DNA from: a plasmid
Sequence record: NZ_CP102531.1
Length of the DNA: 64,000 nt
Reading direction: 5' to 3' (one strand)
The notes below the pieces were generated by a model that worked only from the letters and a program-made list of their open reading frames with translations, was not told the DNA's origin and made no database searches. Position numbers and translations under genes: made by a program. Below, piece after piece: positions 25,841 through 34,933 of the stretch (positions are counted from its first letter, which is position 1; every line of letters begins with the position of its first letter).

Positions 25841-26581
25841 ATGGCAACCACAGCAGAAATATTGCAACAAGTGGCGGCAGGGCAATTAAGTCCGACGGTG
25901 GCTGCCCAACAGTTAGAAGCAGGCAAAACAGCGGCATTAGGTTTTGCCAATGTCGATTTAGATCGTCAACGCCGCAATGGCTTTCCTGAGGTCATCTACG
26001 GTGCTGGTAAGACGGCAACCCAAATTGTGGGTATCGTGCAAGCCTTGTCCCAACAGACGTTGCCGATTTTAACGACCCGGTTATCCGCAGAAAAATTCGC
26101 GGCACTCCAACCGGCGTTACCAACGGCTGTCTATCATGCCACTGCGCAGTGTATGACGGTCGGAGAACAACCGGCACCGAAAACACCAGGGTACATTGCC
26201 GTGGTGACGGCGGGGACCTCCGATCAACCGGTCGCTGAAGAAGCAGCAGTAACCGCGGAAACTTTTGGCAATCATGTTGAACGGGTCTATGACGTGGGTG
26301 TTGCAGGAATCCACCGACTGTTTGCCAAGTTGGATGTGATTCGTGGTGCCCGGGTGGTCATTGTGATCGCGGGCATGGAAGGTGCGCTGGCCAGTGTCGT
26401 TGGTGGACTAGTTGATAAGCCCGTGATTGCAGTGCCGACCAGCGTTGGTTATGGTACTAGTTTTCAAGGTATGACCGCGCTATTGACCATGCTCAATAGC
26501 TGTGCGTCGGGGATTACCGTTGTCAACATTGATAACGGCTTTGGTGCCGCCTACTCAGCTAGTATGATCAATCAAATGTAA
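25841..26581 (+). CDS. larB: LarB, pyridinium-3,5-biscarboxylic acid mononucleotide synthase (PurE-like NPN cofactor biosynthesis)
   Basis: 246 aa with a PurE-like C-terminal half ([19 protein letters not shown]). It is followed by larC, larD and larE in the lar operon order. Confidence 0.75.
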   Translation: MATTAEILQQVAAGQLSPTVAAQQLEAGKTAALGFANVDLDRQRRNGFPEVIYGAGKTATQIVGIVQALSQQTLPILTTRLSAEKFAALQPALPTAVYHATAQCMTVGEQPAPKTPGYIAVVTAGTSDQPVAEEAAVTAETFGNHVERVYDVGVAGIHRLFAKLDVIRGARVVIVIAGMEGALASVVGGLVDKPVIAVPTSVGYGTSFQGMTALLTMLNSCASGITVVNIDNGFGAAYSASMINQM

Positions 26582-26611
26582 GATTCAGTTAACTGAACAA
26601 GGAGAAGATAA

Positions 26612-27874
26612 ATGCAAACACTTTATTTAGACGCTTTTTCGGGGATTAGCGGTGATATGTTTCTGGGCGCGTTACTCGATTTAGGACTTGATTTTGAGCA
26701 ATTAAAAACCGAATTGGCTAAGTTACACGTGCACGGTTATGAATTAACGCAGCAACGGGAAGCCCAGAGTAGCATCTATGGCACGAGCTTTGATGTTCAG
26801 GTTGCGGGTGGTAAGGACCATGGTTTTGTGGAACATCACCATCATCAGCATGAAGCTGGGCATCATCATGATCATGAAGCGCGTCATTTAGCTGATATTG
26901 AGGCGTTAATTGACGGCAGTGACTTATCAGATACCGTGAAACACCACGCGAAAGCGATCTTTATGGAAATTGCGCAAGCGGAAGCAGCGGTTCATCACAT
27001 GCCACTAGCTGAAGTTCATTTCCATGAAGTGGGCGCGTTGGATTCGATTGTTGATATTGTGGGCTGCTGTATTGGGTTGGAATTGATGCAGATTGATACC
27101 ATCATGGCTTCACCGTTAAGTGATGGTAGTGGTTTTATTAACGTTGCCCATGGTCAGATGCCAGTTCCCGTCCCAGCCGTGATGCAGATGCGAGTTGGTA
27201 GTGCCATTCCGATTCAACAACGGTTGGATGTGCATACTGAATTGATTACCCCCACTGGGATGGGCTTGGTCAAGACGCTCGTACGTGAATTCGGACCGTT
27301 ACCGGAAAATGCCGTGCCAACTAAAGTTGGTTATGGGTTTGGTAAACGGGACACGGGCGGTTTCAATGCACTGCGAGCCGTATTATTCGAAAAAAAAAAA
27401 CTAAGTCAGCAAATCGTTAACCGGACGGCTGATGCTGTCTTAATGATTGAAGCTAATCTAGATGATCAGACGGGTGAAGGACTGGGGTACGTGATGAACC
27501 AGTTATTAACGGCGGGCGCATACGATGTGTTCTTCACGCCCATTCAGATGAAGAAAGATCGGCCGGCGACAAAGTTAACGGTTTTGGGAAACGTTAACGA
27601 TAAGGACTTACTGACTAAGTTGATTTTACAAGAAACGACGACGATTGGTGTACGTTACCAGACGTGGCAACGTACTATTATGCAACGGCACTTCCTGACG
27701 GTCGCAACGCCGTACGGTGACGTTCAAGTTAAAGTGGCGACATATCAAGATATTGAGAAGAAGATGCCGGAATATGCGGATTGTGCCCAGCTGGCGCAGC
27801 AATTTCATATTCCGTTTAGAACGGTCTACCAGGCAGCCTTAGTGGCGGTAGATCAATTAGATGAGGAGGCGTAA
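26612..27874 (+). CDS. larC: LarC, nickel-insertion (CTP-dependent nickelochelatase) protein; here a single uninterrupted reading frame
   Basis: 420 aa, DUF111/LarC family (MQTLYLDAFSGISGDMFLGALLDLGL..). Contains a His-rich stretch (HHHHQHEAGHHHDHEARH). An in-frame A11 tract lies at 27390-27400. Confidence 0.75.
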   Translation: MQTLYLDAFSGISGDMFLGALLDLGLDFEQLKTELAKLHVHGYELTQQREAQSSIYGTSFDVQVAGGKDHGFVEHHHHQHEAGHHHDHEARHLADIEALIDGSDLSDTVKHHAKAIFMEIAQAEAAVHHMPLAEVHFHEVGALDSIVDIVGCCIGLELMQIDTIMASPLSDGSGFINVAHGQMPVPVPAVMQMRVGSAIPIQQRLDVHTELITPTGMGLVKTLVREFGPLPENAVPTKVGYGFGKRDTGGFNALRAVLFEKKKLSQQIVNRTADAVLMIEANLDDQTGEGLGYVMNQLLTAGAYDVFFTPIQMKKDRPATKLTVLGNVNDKDLLTKLILQETTTIGVRYQTWQRTIMQRHFLTVATPYGDVQVKVATYQDIEKKMPEYADCAQLAQQFHIPFRTVYQAALVAVDQLDEEA

Positions 27875-28595
27875 TTTTTTGGTACATCAGTTGATTGCTG
27901 AATTTATGGGCACAGCCCTAATGATTATTTTTGGGGTGGGTGTTCATTGTAGTTCCGTATTAAAGGGAACCAAGTATCGGGGTTCCGGTCATATTTTTGC
28001 CATTACAACTTGGGGTTTTGGGATTAGCGTTGCCTTATTCATTTTTGGCAATGTTTGCATTAACCCGGCAATGGTTTTGGCGCAGTGTCTATTAGGAAAC
28101 ATCGCATGGTCCTTATTTATTCCGTATTCCGTTGCGGAAGTGCTTGGTGGGGTCGTGGGCTCAGTGATCGTTTGGATCATGTATGCTGATCATTTTAAAG
28201 CCTCAACAGATGAGATTTCACCCATTACAATTCGGAACTTATTCTGTACGGCACCAGCCGTTCGTAACTTGCCGCGGAATTTCTTTGTGGAATTATTTGA
28301 TACATTTATTTTTATTTCGGGTATTTTAGCGATTTCTGAGATTAAAACGCCGGGAATCGTGCCAATTGGCGTTGGCCTACTTGTATGGGCCATTGGGATG
28401 GGACTTGGTGGTCCAACCGGATTCGCAATGAACTTAGCCCGAGATATGGGGCCCCGGATTGCCCACGCCATCTTACCAATTGCCAATAAAGCCGATAGTG
28501 ATTGGCAATACGGTATCATTGTGCCAGGAATTGCGCCCTTTGTCGGGGCAGCAATTGCCGCTTGGTTTATGCATGGCTTTTTTGGAATTAATTAA
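27861..28595 (+). CDS. larD: LarD, MIP-family aquaglyceroporin-like lactate channel
   Basis: 244 aa with 6 TM segments. Has an NPA motif (INPAM) and a second NPA-like motif (NLARDMGPRIAH). The start codon is uncertain, as it overlaps the larC end. Confidence 0.65.
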   Translation: MRRRNFLVHQLIAEFMGTALMIIFGVGVHCSSVLKGTKYRGSGHIFAITTWGFGISVALFIFGNVCINPAMVLAQCLLGNIAWSLFIPYSVAEVLGGVVGSVIVWIMYADHFKASTDEISPITIRNLFCTAPAVRNLPRNFFVELFDTFIFISGILAISEIKTPGIVPIGVGLLVWAIGMGLGGPTGFAMNLARDMGPRIAHAILPIANKADSDWQYGIIVPGIAPFVGAAIAAWFMHGFFGIN

Positions 28596-28619
28596 ATTAA
28601 ATAGAAGAAGGGTTTTATT

Positions 28620-29450
28620 ATGGCAACATTAGCAACAAAAAAAGCAACGTTAGTAGCAGCATTAAAGGATTTACAACGGGTCACCGTGGCCTTTTCTGGT
28701 GGAATCGACAGTACCTTAGTTTTGAAGATGGCCCTCGATGTTTTAGGCCGTGACAATGTGACCGCTGTGGTTGCGAACTCTGAATTATTTATGGATGAAG
28801 AATTCGATAAAGCGATGAGTTTAGCCGAAGAACTAGGTGCTAACGTTCAAGGAACTACGCTAGACTACTTGAGCGATGACCACATCAAGAACAACACGCC
28901 TGATAGCTGGTACTATGCGAAGAAGATGTTCTACAGCCGGTTGAATGACATTGCGGCTAATAACGGTAGTGCCGCTGTCCTAGACGGTATGATCAAGAAT
29001 GATGAAAATGATTATCGTCCTGGTTTGAAGGCCCGTAGTGAAGCGGGGGCCCGGAGCTTGTTACAAGAAGCTGATTTCTTCAAGACTGACGTTCGGGCCT
29101 TGGCACAAGAACTCGGTTTGACGAACTGGAATAAAGTGGCGTCATGCTCTGTATCTTCACGGTTCCCATACGGGACGACGTTGACACATGACAATATTGC
29201 TCAAGTAATGGCCGCCGAAAAATATTTGCGTAGTTTAGGTTTTCCAACGGTCCGGGTTCGTTTCCACGATGATATTGCGCGGATCGAATTACCAGAAGCA
29301 CGGATTGGTGATTTCTTAGTCTTTAACGACCGCGTTAACCGTCAATTGCAATCACTTGGATTCCGCTACGTTACCCTTGACTTAGGTGGCTTCCGTAGTG
29401 GCCGAATGAATGATACGTTGACCAAGGCACAATTGGCCACTTTCGCCTAG
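28620..29450 (+). CDS. larE: LarE, ATP-dependent sacrificial sulfur transferase (PP-loop ATP pyrophosphatase family)
   Basis: 276 aa. Contains the PP-loop motif SGGIDS and the conserved Cys-containing region (KVASCSVSSRFPYG). Confidence 0.75.
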   Translation: MATLATKKATLVAALKDLQRVTVAFSGGIDSTLVLKMALDVLGRDNVTAVVANSELFMDEEFDKAMSLAEELGANVQGTTLDYLSDDHIKNNTPDSWYYAKKMFYSRLNDIAANNGSAAVLDGMIKNDENDYRPGLKARSEAGARSLLQEADFFKTDVRALAQELGLTNWNKVASCSVSSRFPYGTTLTHDNIAQVMAAEKYLRSLGFPTVRVRFHDDIARIELPEARIGDFLVFNDRVNRQLQSLGFRYVTLDLGGFRSGRMNDTLTKAQLATFA

Positions 29451-29596
29451 GTCTAATCAAATTAATGATAGTGGTGTCGGGATTAATCGGAGATGGGCGG
29501 CTGAACGGCGGTGATCATGGTTCATTCGCCTATCCGATGATAATCGTAACCCCAGCCGATACGCACATGTTGCGATTATCGCCTGACACCCCAAAA

Positions 29597-29630
29597 AGCG
29601 CAGTTCAAGGCCGTCCTTGAACTGCGTTTT
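29597..29630. terminator. Rho-independent (bidirectional) terminator after larE
   Basis: aaaaagcgcagttcaagg-ccgt-ccttgaactgcgttttt. Confidence 0.65.
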
Positions 29631-29734
29631 TCGTATCTTCATTTTTAGATCAACAGGCGTCAAAAGTCACGACGAGTTTACCAACGACTTGACCAGCTTG
29701 GAGTTGTTGTAAACCAGTTACAAGGGATCTGGTG

Positions 29735-30542
29735 CAAACAGTCTAAGAGATGGACATCTACCCAGCTATTGATACTATGTTAAAGGTTAAGCAGCTAACA
29801 ATGCTTCTAATTCGTCCACGACTGAGAACCCGATGAGACTTAACTCTCGTCGGGTTCTTTTGCGTATTGCGTGAACAATTTCCACACCGCTCAACGTTGC
29901 ACTAGCGGTTCGAATGCTTTGAAAGCTTGCTGAGCGGACACGATGACGTTTAATGAATCGGTGGTCCTGTTCAATCAAATTATTTCGATATTTGGAACAT
30001 TGGTGGGCTGATTTGCTCAAATAGTCTTGCTTTATCAGGTGCTTCACTGCTTTCAGTGTTGCCCGATATTGATCAGTGACTAATCGATCAGGCCGACCAT
30101 TGGTCGTCAAGAGACGCTTCAAAAAGTGATAGGATGCGGTATAATCGCGGTGTTTTCGTAGCTCAAAATCCATGGTCAAACCGTTACTGTCAATAGCGCG
30201 ATACAAATAGGCCCAACGGCCTTTAACTCGAATATAGGTCTCATCGATTCGCCAACTTTTAGCGTGAGCTGTTTGATGCCGACGCCATAGAGCCTTAAAG
30301 ATGGGGCCATAGTGATGAACCCAACGCATGACCGTGGTGTGATGAACAGTGATACCCCGATCCCGAAGCAATTCAACGATGTCACGATAGCTGAGACTGA
30401 ATCTGAAATAGTAGCCAACGGCTACTAAGATGATGTCCTTTTGAAAGTGGCGTCCCTTAAAGTGATTCATGCGCGCAATCCCTCGTTTCTTGGCACCCAG
30501 TATACTAAAATCAAGTCAGCGAGGAAAATTTGCACCAGAACC
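29735..30542 (-). mobile_element. IS6-family insertion sequence, copy 3 of 3
   Basis: GGATCTGGTGCAAACAG at 29735. Reverse-complement of GGTTCTGGTGCAAATTTTCC ends at 30542. Identical to copies 1 and 2, and in the same orientation as copy 1. Confidence 0.85.
29787..30470 (-). CDS. IS6-family transposase
   Basis: Identical 227-aa protein. Confidence 0.9.
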   Translation of the reverse strand: MNHFKGRHFQKDIILVAVGYYFRFSLSYRDIVELLRDRGITVHHTTVMRWVHHYGPIFKALWRRHQTAHAKSWRIDETYIRVKGRWAYLYRAIDSNGLTMDFELRKHRDYTASYHFLKRLLTTNGRPDRLVTDQYRATLKAVKHLIKQDYLSKSAHQCSKYRNNLIEQDHRFIKRHRVRSASFQSIRTASATLSGVEIVHAIRKRTRRELSLIGFSVVDELEALLAA

Positions 30543-30559
30543 TCAGAAAGGACTTCAAT

Positions 30560-31453
30560 ATGAAATTAACAACAAAATGGTTTTTAGCCCTCAGTACAGT
30601 ATTAGCAATTAGTATCAGTGGTTGTTCAGCCGTTCAAGGATCGAACACAAGTCAATCAAGTACAACCAAATCCGCTGCTTCCTCTGCTACATCGACGAGG
30701 ACTACTGAGACTGCGCAGACAAACAGTGATCTTGCCAACTTGCCATTTGATCTGACAAAGTACCCGCAAAACTACACAACGCTTAATCAAAACGTTCCAA
30801 TCTTCGTAAATGGTTTTAAGCAAACAGTAGCTGCCGCCCAGAAAGCGAAAACCACACGCGCTCAAACTTACTTTGAAGGCTTGGATGATCTAGGAAGAAC
30901 GCAAAGTGTTTCTGCCATTGTGACCTACAGTATAATGCACAGTCACGCAAGCTCTGTACGCAAGCGACCAGCCTTTCCTAAAACCACGAAGGTTGCCGGT
31001 GAGTACGCTGATGGCGTGTATAACAAAAACCTGCAACAATGGTTTGGCCGCAGCAACAATAACCGAATGGTCCAACTTAACGGTTATCGAGGTTATCTGT
31101 ATAATAAAAGCCACCTGTTAGCGTGGTCGCTAGGTGGCGATATGCAGACTCATAATGTGATTCTTGGCACTCGTGCTCAAAATGTTGGTACCAATGACCA
31201 ACGAAATCCCGGTGGTATGGCTTACACAGAAACTCTGACGCGCAATTATCTTAGCTCACACCAAGACGATGCGGTCGCTTATCAGGTTATTCCCGTGTAC
31301 GTTGGCCAAGAACTGGTACCGCGTGGCACACACGTTTTGGTGCAGTCGATTAACAATCCATCACAGTTTCAAGCTAATGTCTGGGTCTTCAATACGCAAT
31401 CAGGGGTAACTATTAACTACAATAACGGCTCATTTCAACTGAATGGAGAGTGA
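30560..31453 (+). CDS. Lipoprotein DNA-entry nuclease family protein (NucA/EndA-like non-specific endonuclease)
   Basis: The track ORF starts at 30530, inside the IS. The ATG at 30560 gives MKLTTKWFLALSTVLAISISGCS, a signal peptide plus lipobox. A Ser/Thr-rich linker follows. A beta-beta-alpha-Me-like region YNKSHLLAWSLGG...NVILGTRAQNVGTND resembles the DRGHL..LGG..N motif of B. subtilis NucA / S. pneumoniae EndA. Confidence 0.6.
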   Translation: MKLTTKWFLALSTVLAISISGCSAVQGSNTSQSSTTKSAASSATSTRTTETAQTNSDLANLPFDLTKYPQNYTTLNQNVPIFVNGFKQTVAAAQKAKTTRAQTYFEGLDDLGRTQSVSAIVTYSIMHSHASSVRKRPAFPKTTKVAGEYADGVYNKNLQQWFGRSNNNRMVQLNGYRGYLYNKSHLLAWSLGGDMQTHNVILGTRAQNVGTNDQRNPGGMAYTETLTRNYLSSHQDDAVAYQVIPVYVGQELVPRGTHVLVQSINNPSQFQANVWVFNTQSGVTINYNNGSFQLNGE

Positions 31454-31818
31454 TCGAATTGAATCGTGAAGTGGTTCGTAAACTAGTCCAAGTCTATATC
31501 GACAGGAACAAGCTTAGCAATCCAGAATTTGCCAAACAAGCCAAGATCAATGATCGGACTGTACGTCGCTTGCTAAACTCTGAGGACAGTATTTCTGACC
31601 AAACCTTAGAGAAAATGGCGGCTGTTTGCGAAAAACGTAAATTTGCCGTCATCGGCTTTAGCACGGGGAAGATTTATTTTCGGGGTGAACATCACGCTGA
31701 CTGCACCCGGTGGATCAATGAACAAGCAGTCCAGATAAAAAAAGCCCACAGCCATAAGAAAATCGCACTTAATATGAAAGAACCAATGATCATTCAGCGC
31801 TTGCCATTTGCATCTTAG
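31450..31818 (+). CDS. Small protein translationally coupled to the nuclease (possible Nin-like nuclease inhibitor/immunity protein; HTH-like segment)
   Basis: 122 aa. Overlaps the nuclease stop in an ATGA arrangement. B. subtilis nucA is followed by nin, its inhibitor; the parallel is by gene order only. Confidence 0.35.
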   Translation: MIELNREVVRKLVQVYIDRNKLSNPEFAKQAKINDRTVRRLLNSEDSISDQTLEKMAAVCEKRKFAVIGFSTGKIYFRGEHHADCTRWINEQAVQIKKAHSHKKIALNMKEPMIIQRLPFAS

Positions 31819-31825
31819 GGCCTGT

Positions 31826-32296
31826 CTAGTATCTTTTAAGAACTATCTTCAGGAAGGCCAATACAACCATTTGAAGACTGCTGTTAAGGGCGCGTTCACA
31901 GTTTTTCCAAAGTCGCCGACATTTCTCTAGCCAACTCCATGAACGTTCAATGATCCATCGTTGCGGTAACACCGTGAACATATGCAACTCGTTGCGTTTA
32001 GCTACCGTCGTCTTAGCATTCAAAATGAGCTTCACCTGATCCGCAAAGTCATTGCCAGTGTAGCCACCATCAACCATGACATGCTGAACCAGCTCTAAAT
32101 TTTGGCTAGCCAAACTAAACATAGCCAATGCACCTGAACGATCTAATACATTAGCTCGTATCACGAGAATGGCTTGTGGTAAACCGTTAATATCAACCGC
32201 CATATGACGCTTAATCCCTGAAATCTTTTTGGCGCCATCGTAGCCACTATTTTTCGTTAAATCAGTGGTTTTAACACTTTGAGCATCAACAATCAC
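31826..32296 (-). CDS. IS5-family transposase OrfB (DDE catalytic part)
   Basis: [21 protein letters not shown]...VDGGYTG. Confidence 0.75.
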   Translation of the reverse strand: MIVDAQSVKTTDLTKNSGYDGAKKISGIKRHMAVDINGLPQAILVIRANVLDRSGALAMFSLASQNLELVQHVMVDGGYTGNDFADQVKLILNAKTTVAKRNELHMFTVLPQRWIIERSWSWLEKCRRLWKNCERALNSSLQMVVLAFLKIVLKRY

Positions 32297-32613
32297 AAAC
32301 GACGTTCGGGCCGATCGGCCCTGTGCAAAGCGATAGGAAGCAACAGTTTTTTTAAAAGCCTTTCTAATAGCGAATCAGCTGTCGGGTCTGGTTTATCTCG
32401 CCACATATCGTAATAGCGGTAGACAGTGTGCCATTCCGGGAAATCGTGCGGTAATTCACGCCATTGACACCCTGTAGTAAGCGAGTAAAGAATGGCATTG
32501 AATACGTCATAAAGATCATAACGACGCGGTCTTGTATGCTTGCGGAAGTTTTCTAAATCAGGTTGTATTAACGCAAATTGCGCTCGAGAAATATTGCTTG
32601 GATAATCTGGCAT
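32293..32613 (-). CDS. IS5-family transposase OrfA (N-terminal part)
   Basis: [25 protein letters not shown]... The stop overlaps the orfB start (ATGA), consistent with a programmed frameshift. Confidence 0.75.
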   Translation of the reverse strand: MPDYPSNISRAQFALIQPDLENFRKHTRPRRYDLYDVFNAILYSLTTGCQWRELPHDFPEWHTVYRYYDMWRDKPDPTADSLLERLLKKLLLPIALHRADRPERRL

Positions 32614-32680
32614 GACAAACTCCTCAGTCGGTTTTCCACAATTCTACCAGATTCAGCAGATACTAGACAGGTTCTAAGAA

Positions 32681-33307
32681 TCAGCAAAACATCTTTTGTA
32701 GATACCCTTTTTTAAGTTCTTGGAGTTTTTCAAGCTTACGCTGATGAAGAGCGATAGTGTCGTCTAACTGTTTGAAAAATGAGCCGATTTTTTGTTGTTC
32801 ATCTACTATCTTAGGAACAACTAGTAGAGTATTAAAAAAATCAGTAGGTGCAATATTTAGTAACCCATGATTACGAGCCCCTTCTGCCGCATTCTTAGAA
32901 ACCTCCCGGTACCATCTAGTGGTATCGTAATATGAAACTAGAAACTGAGAATTGATTTTCGTAGGTCTAAAGACTATATAAAGTGTCGATAGAACGCCCA
33001 TATCATACTTATCTAAACGCTTAATAGCGCCCCATGGATATCCATTTGAATAACTTTTATTATATGCAAACTCACCATTTTTAACTAAAAAATATCCAGT
33101 AACATCACGACTCGCTACTTGCTTATTGAAAAAATCATTTTGATCTACCAAACCATCTTGTGCAGATATTGTTAGCGGAAGAGTCGACTCATTATTTTTG
33201 TTTTTTCTAGTAACACGCTCTGAGATGCTAGATAACTTACGCTCTTCCCAAGGATCAGTAAACCCTTTAAATCTTAACTGCGGGTAACTAGCTTGTTGAT
33301 CTTTCAT
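32681..33307 (-). CDS. hsdS: Type I restriction-modification specificity subunit, half-size (single target-recognition domain)
   Basis: 208 aa, where typical HsdS is about 400 aa. It has one TRD followed by the central conserved coiled-coil region (IALHQRKLEKLQELKKGYLQKMF) and then a stop. Its start overlaps the hsdM stop. An IS5 end lies 5 bp past the stop. Confidence 0.7.
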   Translation of the reverse strand: MKDQQASYPQLRFKGFTDPWEERKLSSISERVTRKNKNNESTLPLTISAQDGLVDQNDFFNKQVASRDVTGYFLVKNGEFAYNKSYSNGYPWGAIKRLDKYDMGVLSTLYIVFRPTKINSQFLVSYYDTTRWYREVSKNAAEGARNHGLLNIAPTDFFNTLLVVPKIVDEQQKIGSFFKQLDDTIALHQRKLEKLQELKKGYLQKMFC

Positions 33308-34920
33308 TTGTGGGCCTCCGGTTTTGACTGGTCATTAACCTGGGTGGTCACTAACTGGCTAGCTAATTCATTAAAGGCTTGCTCATTCTGACTGATTTCC
33401 TCGTCCAGTTGCTTCAGATCAGCTTTAACTTGGTTCAGATCAATCTCGGGTTCCGGTTCAAACGTATCAACGTAGCGCGGAATATTTAAATTATAATCAT
33501 TTTCCTTGATTTCCGCCGGTGAGGCCACATGAGCATATTTATCAACATCTTGCCGGTTTTGATAAGTGGTCACAATTTTTTGAATATTCGCTGCCGTTAG
33601 CTTATTTTGATTCTTGTCCTTTTCAAATTCCCGGGACGCATCAATAAACAAGACGTCGTCAGTGGTTTTGTGTTTCTTTAAAATCATGATTAACGTTGGA
33701 ATACCAGTGGAATGAAAAATATTGGCAGGTAGCCCAATAATGGCATCAATCCGGTTATCCATTAATAGTTTTTGCCGGATTTTGCCCTCCTTAGCCCCCC
33801 GAAATAGCACGCCATGGGGTAAGACAATGCCCATAGTCCCGTGTTCCTGCAAATGATAAAAGCCGTGTAGCAGAAAGGCAAAGTCGGCTTTAGATTTAGG
33901 TGGTAAGACGCCATAGTCGCGGAAACGGGGATCAGACAAGCGTTTATCACTGTTATCCCAGTGTGCCGAGTAGGGCGGGTTCATGACGACCGCATCAAAT
34001 AAGTAAGGTTCGTCAACCGGCCAATCTTTACTTAACGTGTCACCATTGCGTAAGTGCATATCGTCATACGAGACTCCATGTAACATTAGGTTCATACGGG
34101 CCAGGTTATAGGTCGTGGTGTTCAATTCTTGGCCGTGATAACTCACTAAATTGGGGTCTTGCACGTGCTGTCCGACATTTAATAGCAGTGAACCGGAACC
34201 AACCGCTGGATCATAGATAGTCCGCACTTGGTTGTCACCTGCATTGCGCTGATAAGTCACAATCTGGGCAATAATGTCGGACACCTGCCGTGGAGTATAA
34301 AATTCACCCGCCTTCTTACCAGAATCACTGGCAAATTGCGCGATTAAGTATTCATAGGCGTCACCTAAGACGTCGCCTTGATGATGGACGAGATCAATCG
34401 CATTTAAAGCTAACATGGTATCACTGATAGTTTGATTCCGTTGTTGTAAAGAACTGCCTAATTTATTACTACTTAAATCCACATCGGCAAACAAGCCCGA
34501 AAAGTCTTGCGCTGAAGATAGATTTTGTGTCGACTGTTCCAGATCATGAAGTGCTTGAGATAAATCGTCTAACGCAAAAGTATGGGCTTGAATCTTGCCA
34601 ATCAGGGTGGTGTACAACGCTTGTGGTTGAATTAAATAGCCGAGCGTGTTTTGCAAATACTCCACTAAACTGGGCTGCACCGAGACGCCTTCCAATTCAA
34701 ACTGAGGATCCATATACTGAGCATATTTCCGGGTGACATTTTCGGTTTCGCCTGCCCAATCACTAAAGGTCGTTAAGGTTTTCTCAGATAGAAACCGATA
34801 AAAAATTAACCCCAATAAATAATTTTTATATTCAGAAGCGTCCATTTTCCCGCGTAAGACATCGGCCGCATTCCATAGGGCGCTTTCAAGTTGACTAGCT
34901 TGCGTTGTTTTTTCTGACAT
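33304..34920 (-). CDS. hsdM: Type I R-M N6-adenine DNA methyltransferase subunit
   Basis: 538 aa. Has the HsdM N-domain and the NPPY motif (VVMNPPYSAHW). Confidence 0.85.
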   Translation of the reverse strand: MSEKTTQASQLESALWNAADVLRGKMDASEYKNYLLGLIFYRFLSEKTLTTFSDWAGETENVTRKYAQYMDPQFELEGVSVQPSLVEYLQNTLGYLIQPQALYTTLIGKIQAHTFALDDLSQALHDLEQSTQNLSSAQDFSGLFADVDLSSNKLGSSLQQRNQTISDTMLALNAIDLVHHQGDVLGDAYEYLIAQFASDSGKKAGEFYTPRQVSDIIAQIVTYQRNAGDNQVRTIYDPAVGSGSLLLNVGQHVQDPNLVSYHGQELNTTTYNLARMNLMLHGVSYDDMHLRNGDTLSKDWPVDEPYLFDAVVMNPPYSAHWDNSDKRLSDPRFRDYGVLPPKSKADFAFLLHGFYHLQEHGTMGIVLPHGVLFRGAKEGKIRQKLLMDNRIDAIIGLPANIFHSTGIPTLIMILKKHKTTDDVLFIDASREFEKDKNQNKLTAANIQKIVTTYQNRQDVDKYAHVASPAEIKENDYNLNIPRYVDTFEPEPEIDLNQVKADLKQLDEEISQNEQAFNELASQLVTTQVNDQSKPEAHK

Positions 34921-34933
34921 TGTTTAACCTCAC

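Larger units (their letters stand above)
31817..32675 (-). mobile_element. IS5-family insertion sequence (IS427/ISL2-like, two-ORF with frameshift), copy B1
   Basis: 859-bp unit ending in ..gatactagacaggttct. Encodes orfA (106 aa) and an overlapping orfB (156 aa, DDE). Near-identical copies lie at 41581-42439 and 48189-49047. Confidence 0.8.

Noticed and set aside
29457-29663. 68-aa minus-strand ORF after larE
   Set aside because: It runs through the larE terminator hairpin and has no RBS. The only coding-like signal here is a short C-terminal remnant (..VTGLQQLQAGQVVGKLVVTFDAC*) of a gene truncated by the IS6 insertion.
30530-30559. Track start codons for the nuclease ORF (30530) and the RHH ORF (25084)
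   Set aside because: These starts lie inside IS6 terminal sequence. Internal ATGs with good RBSs (30560 and 24994) are the plausible native starts.
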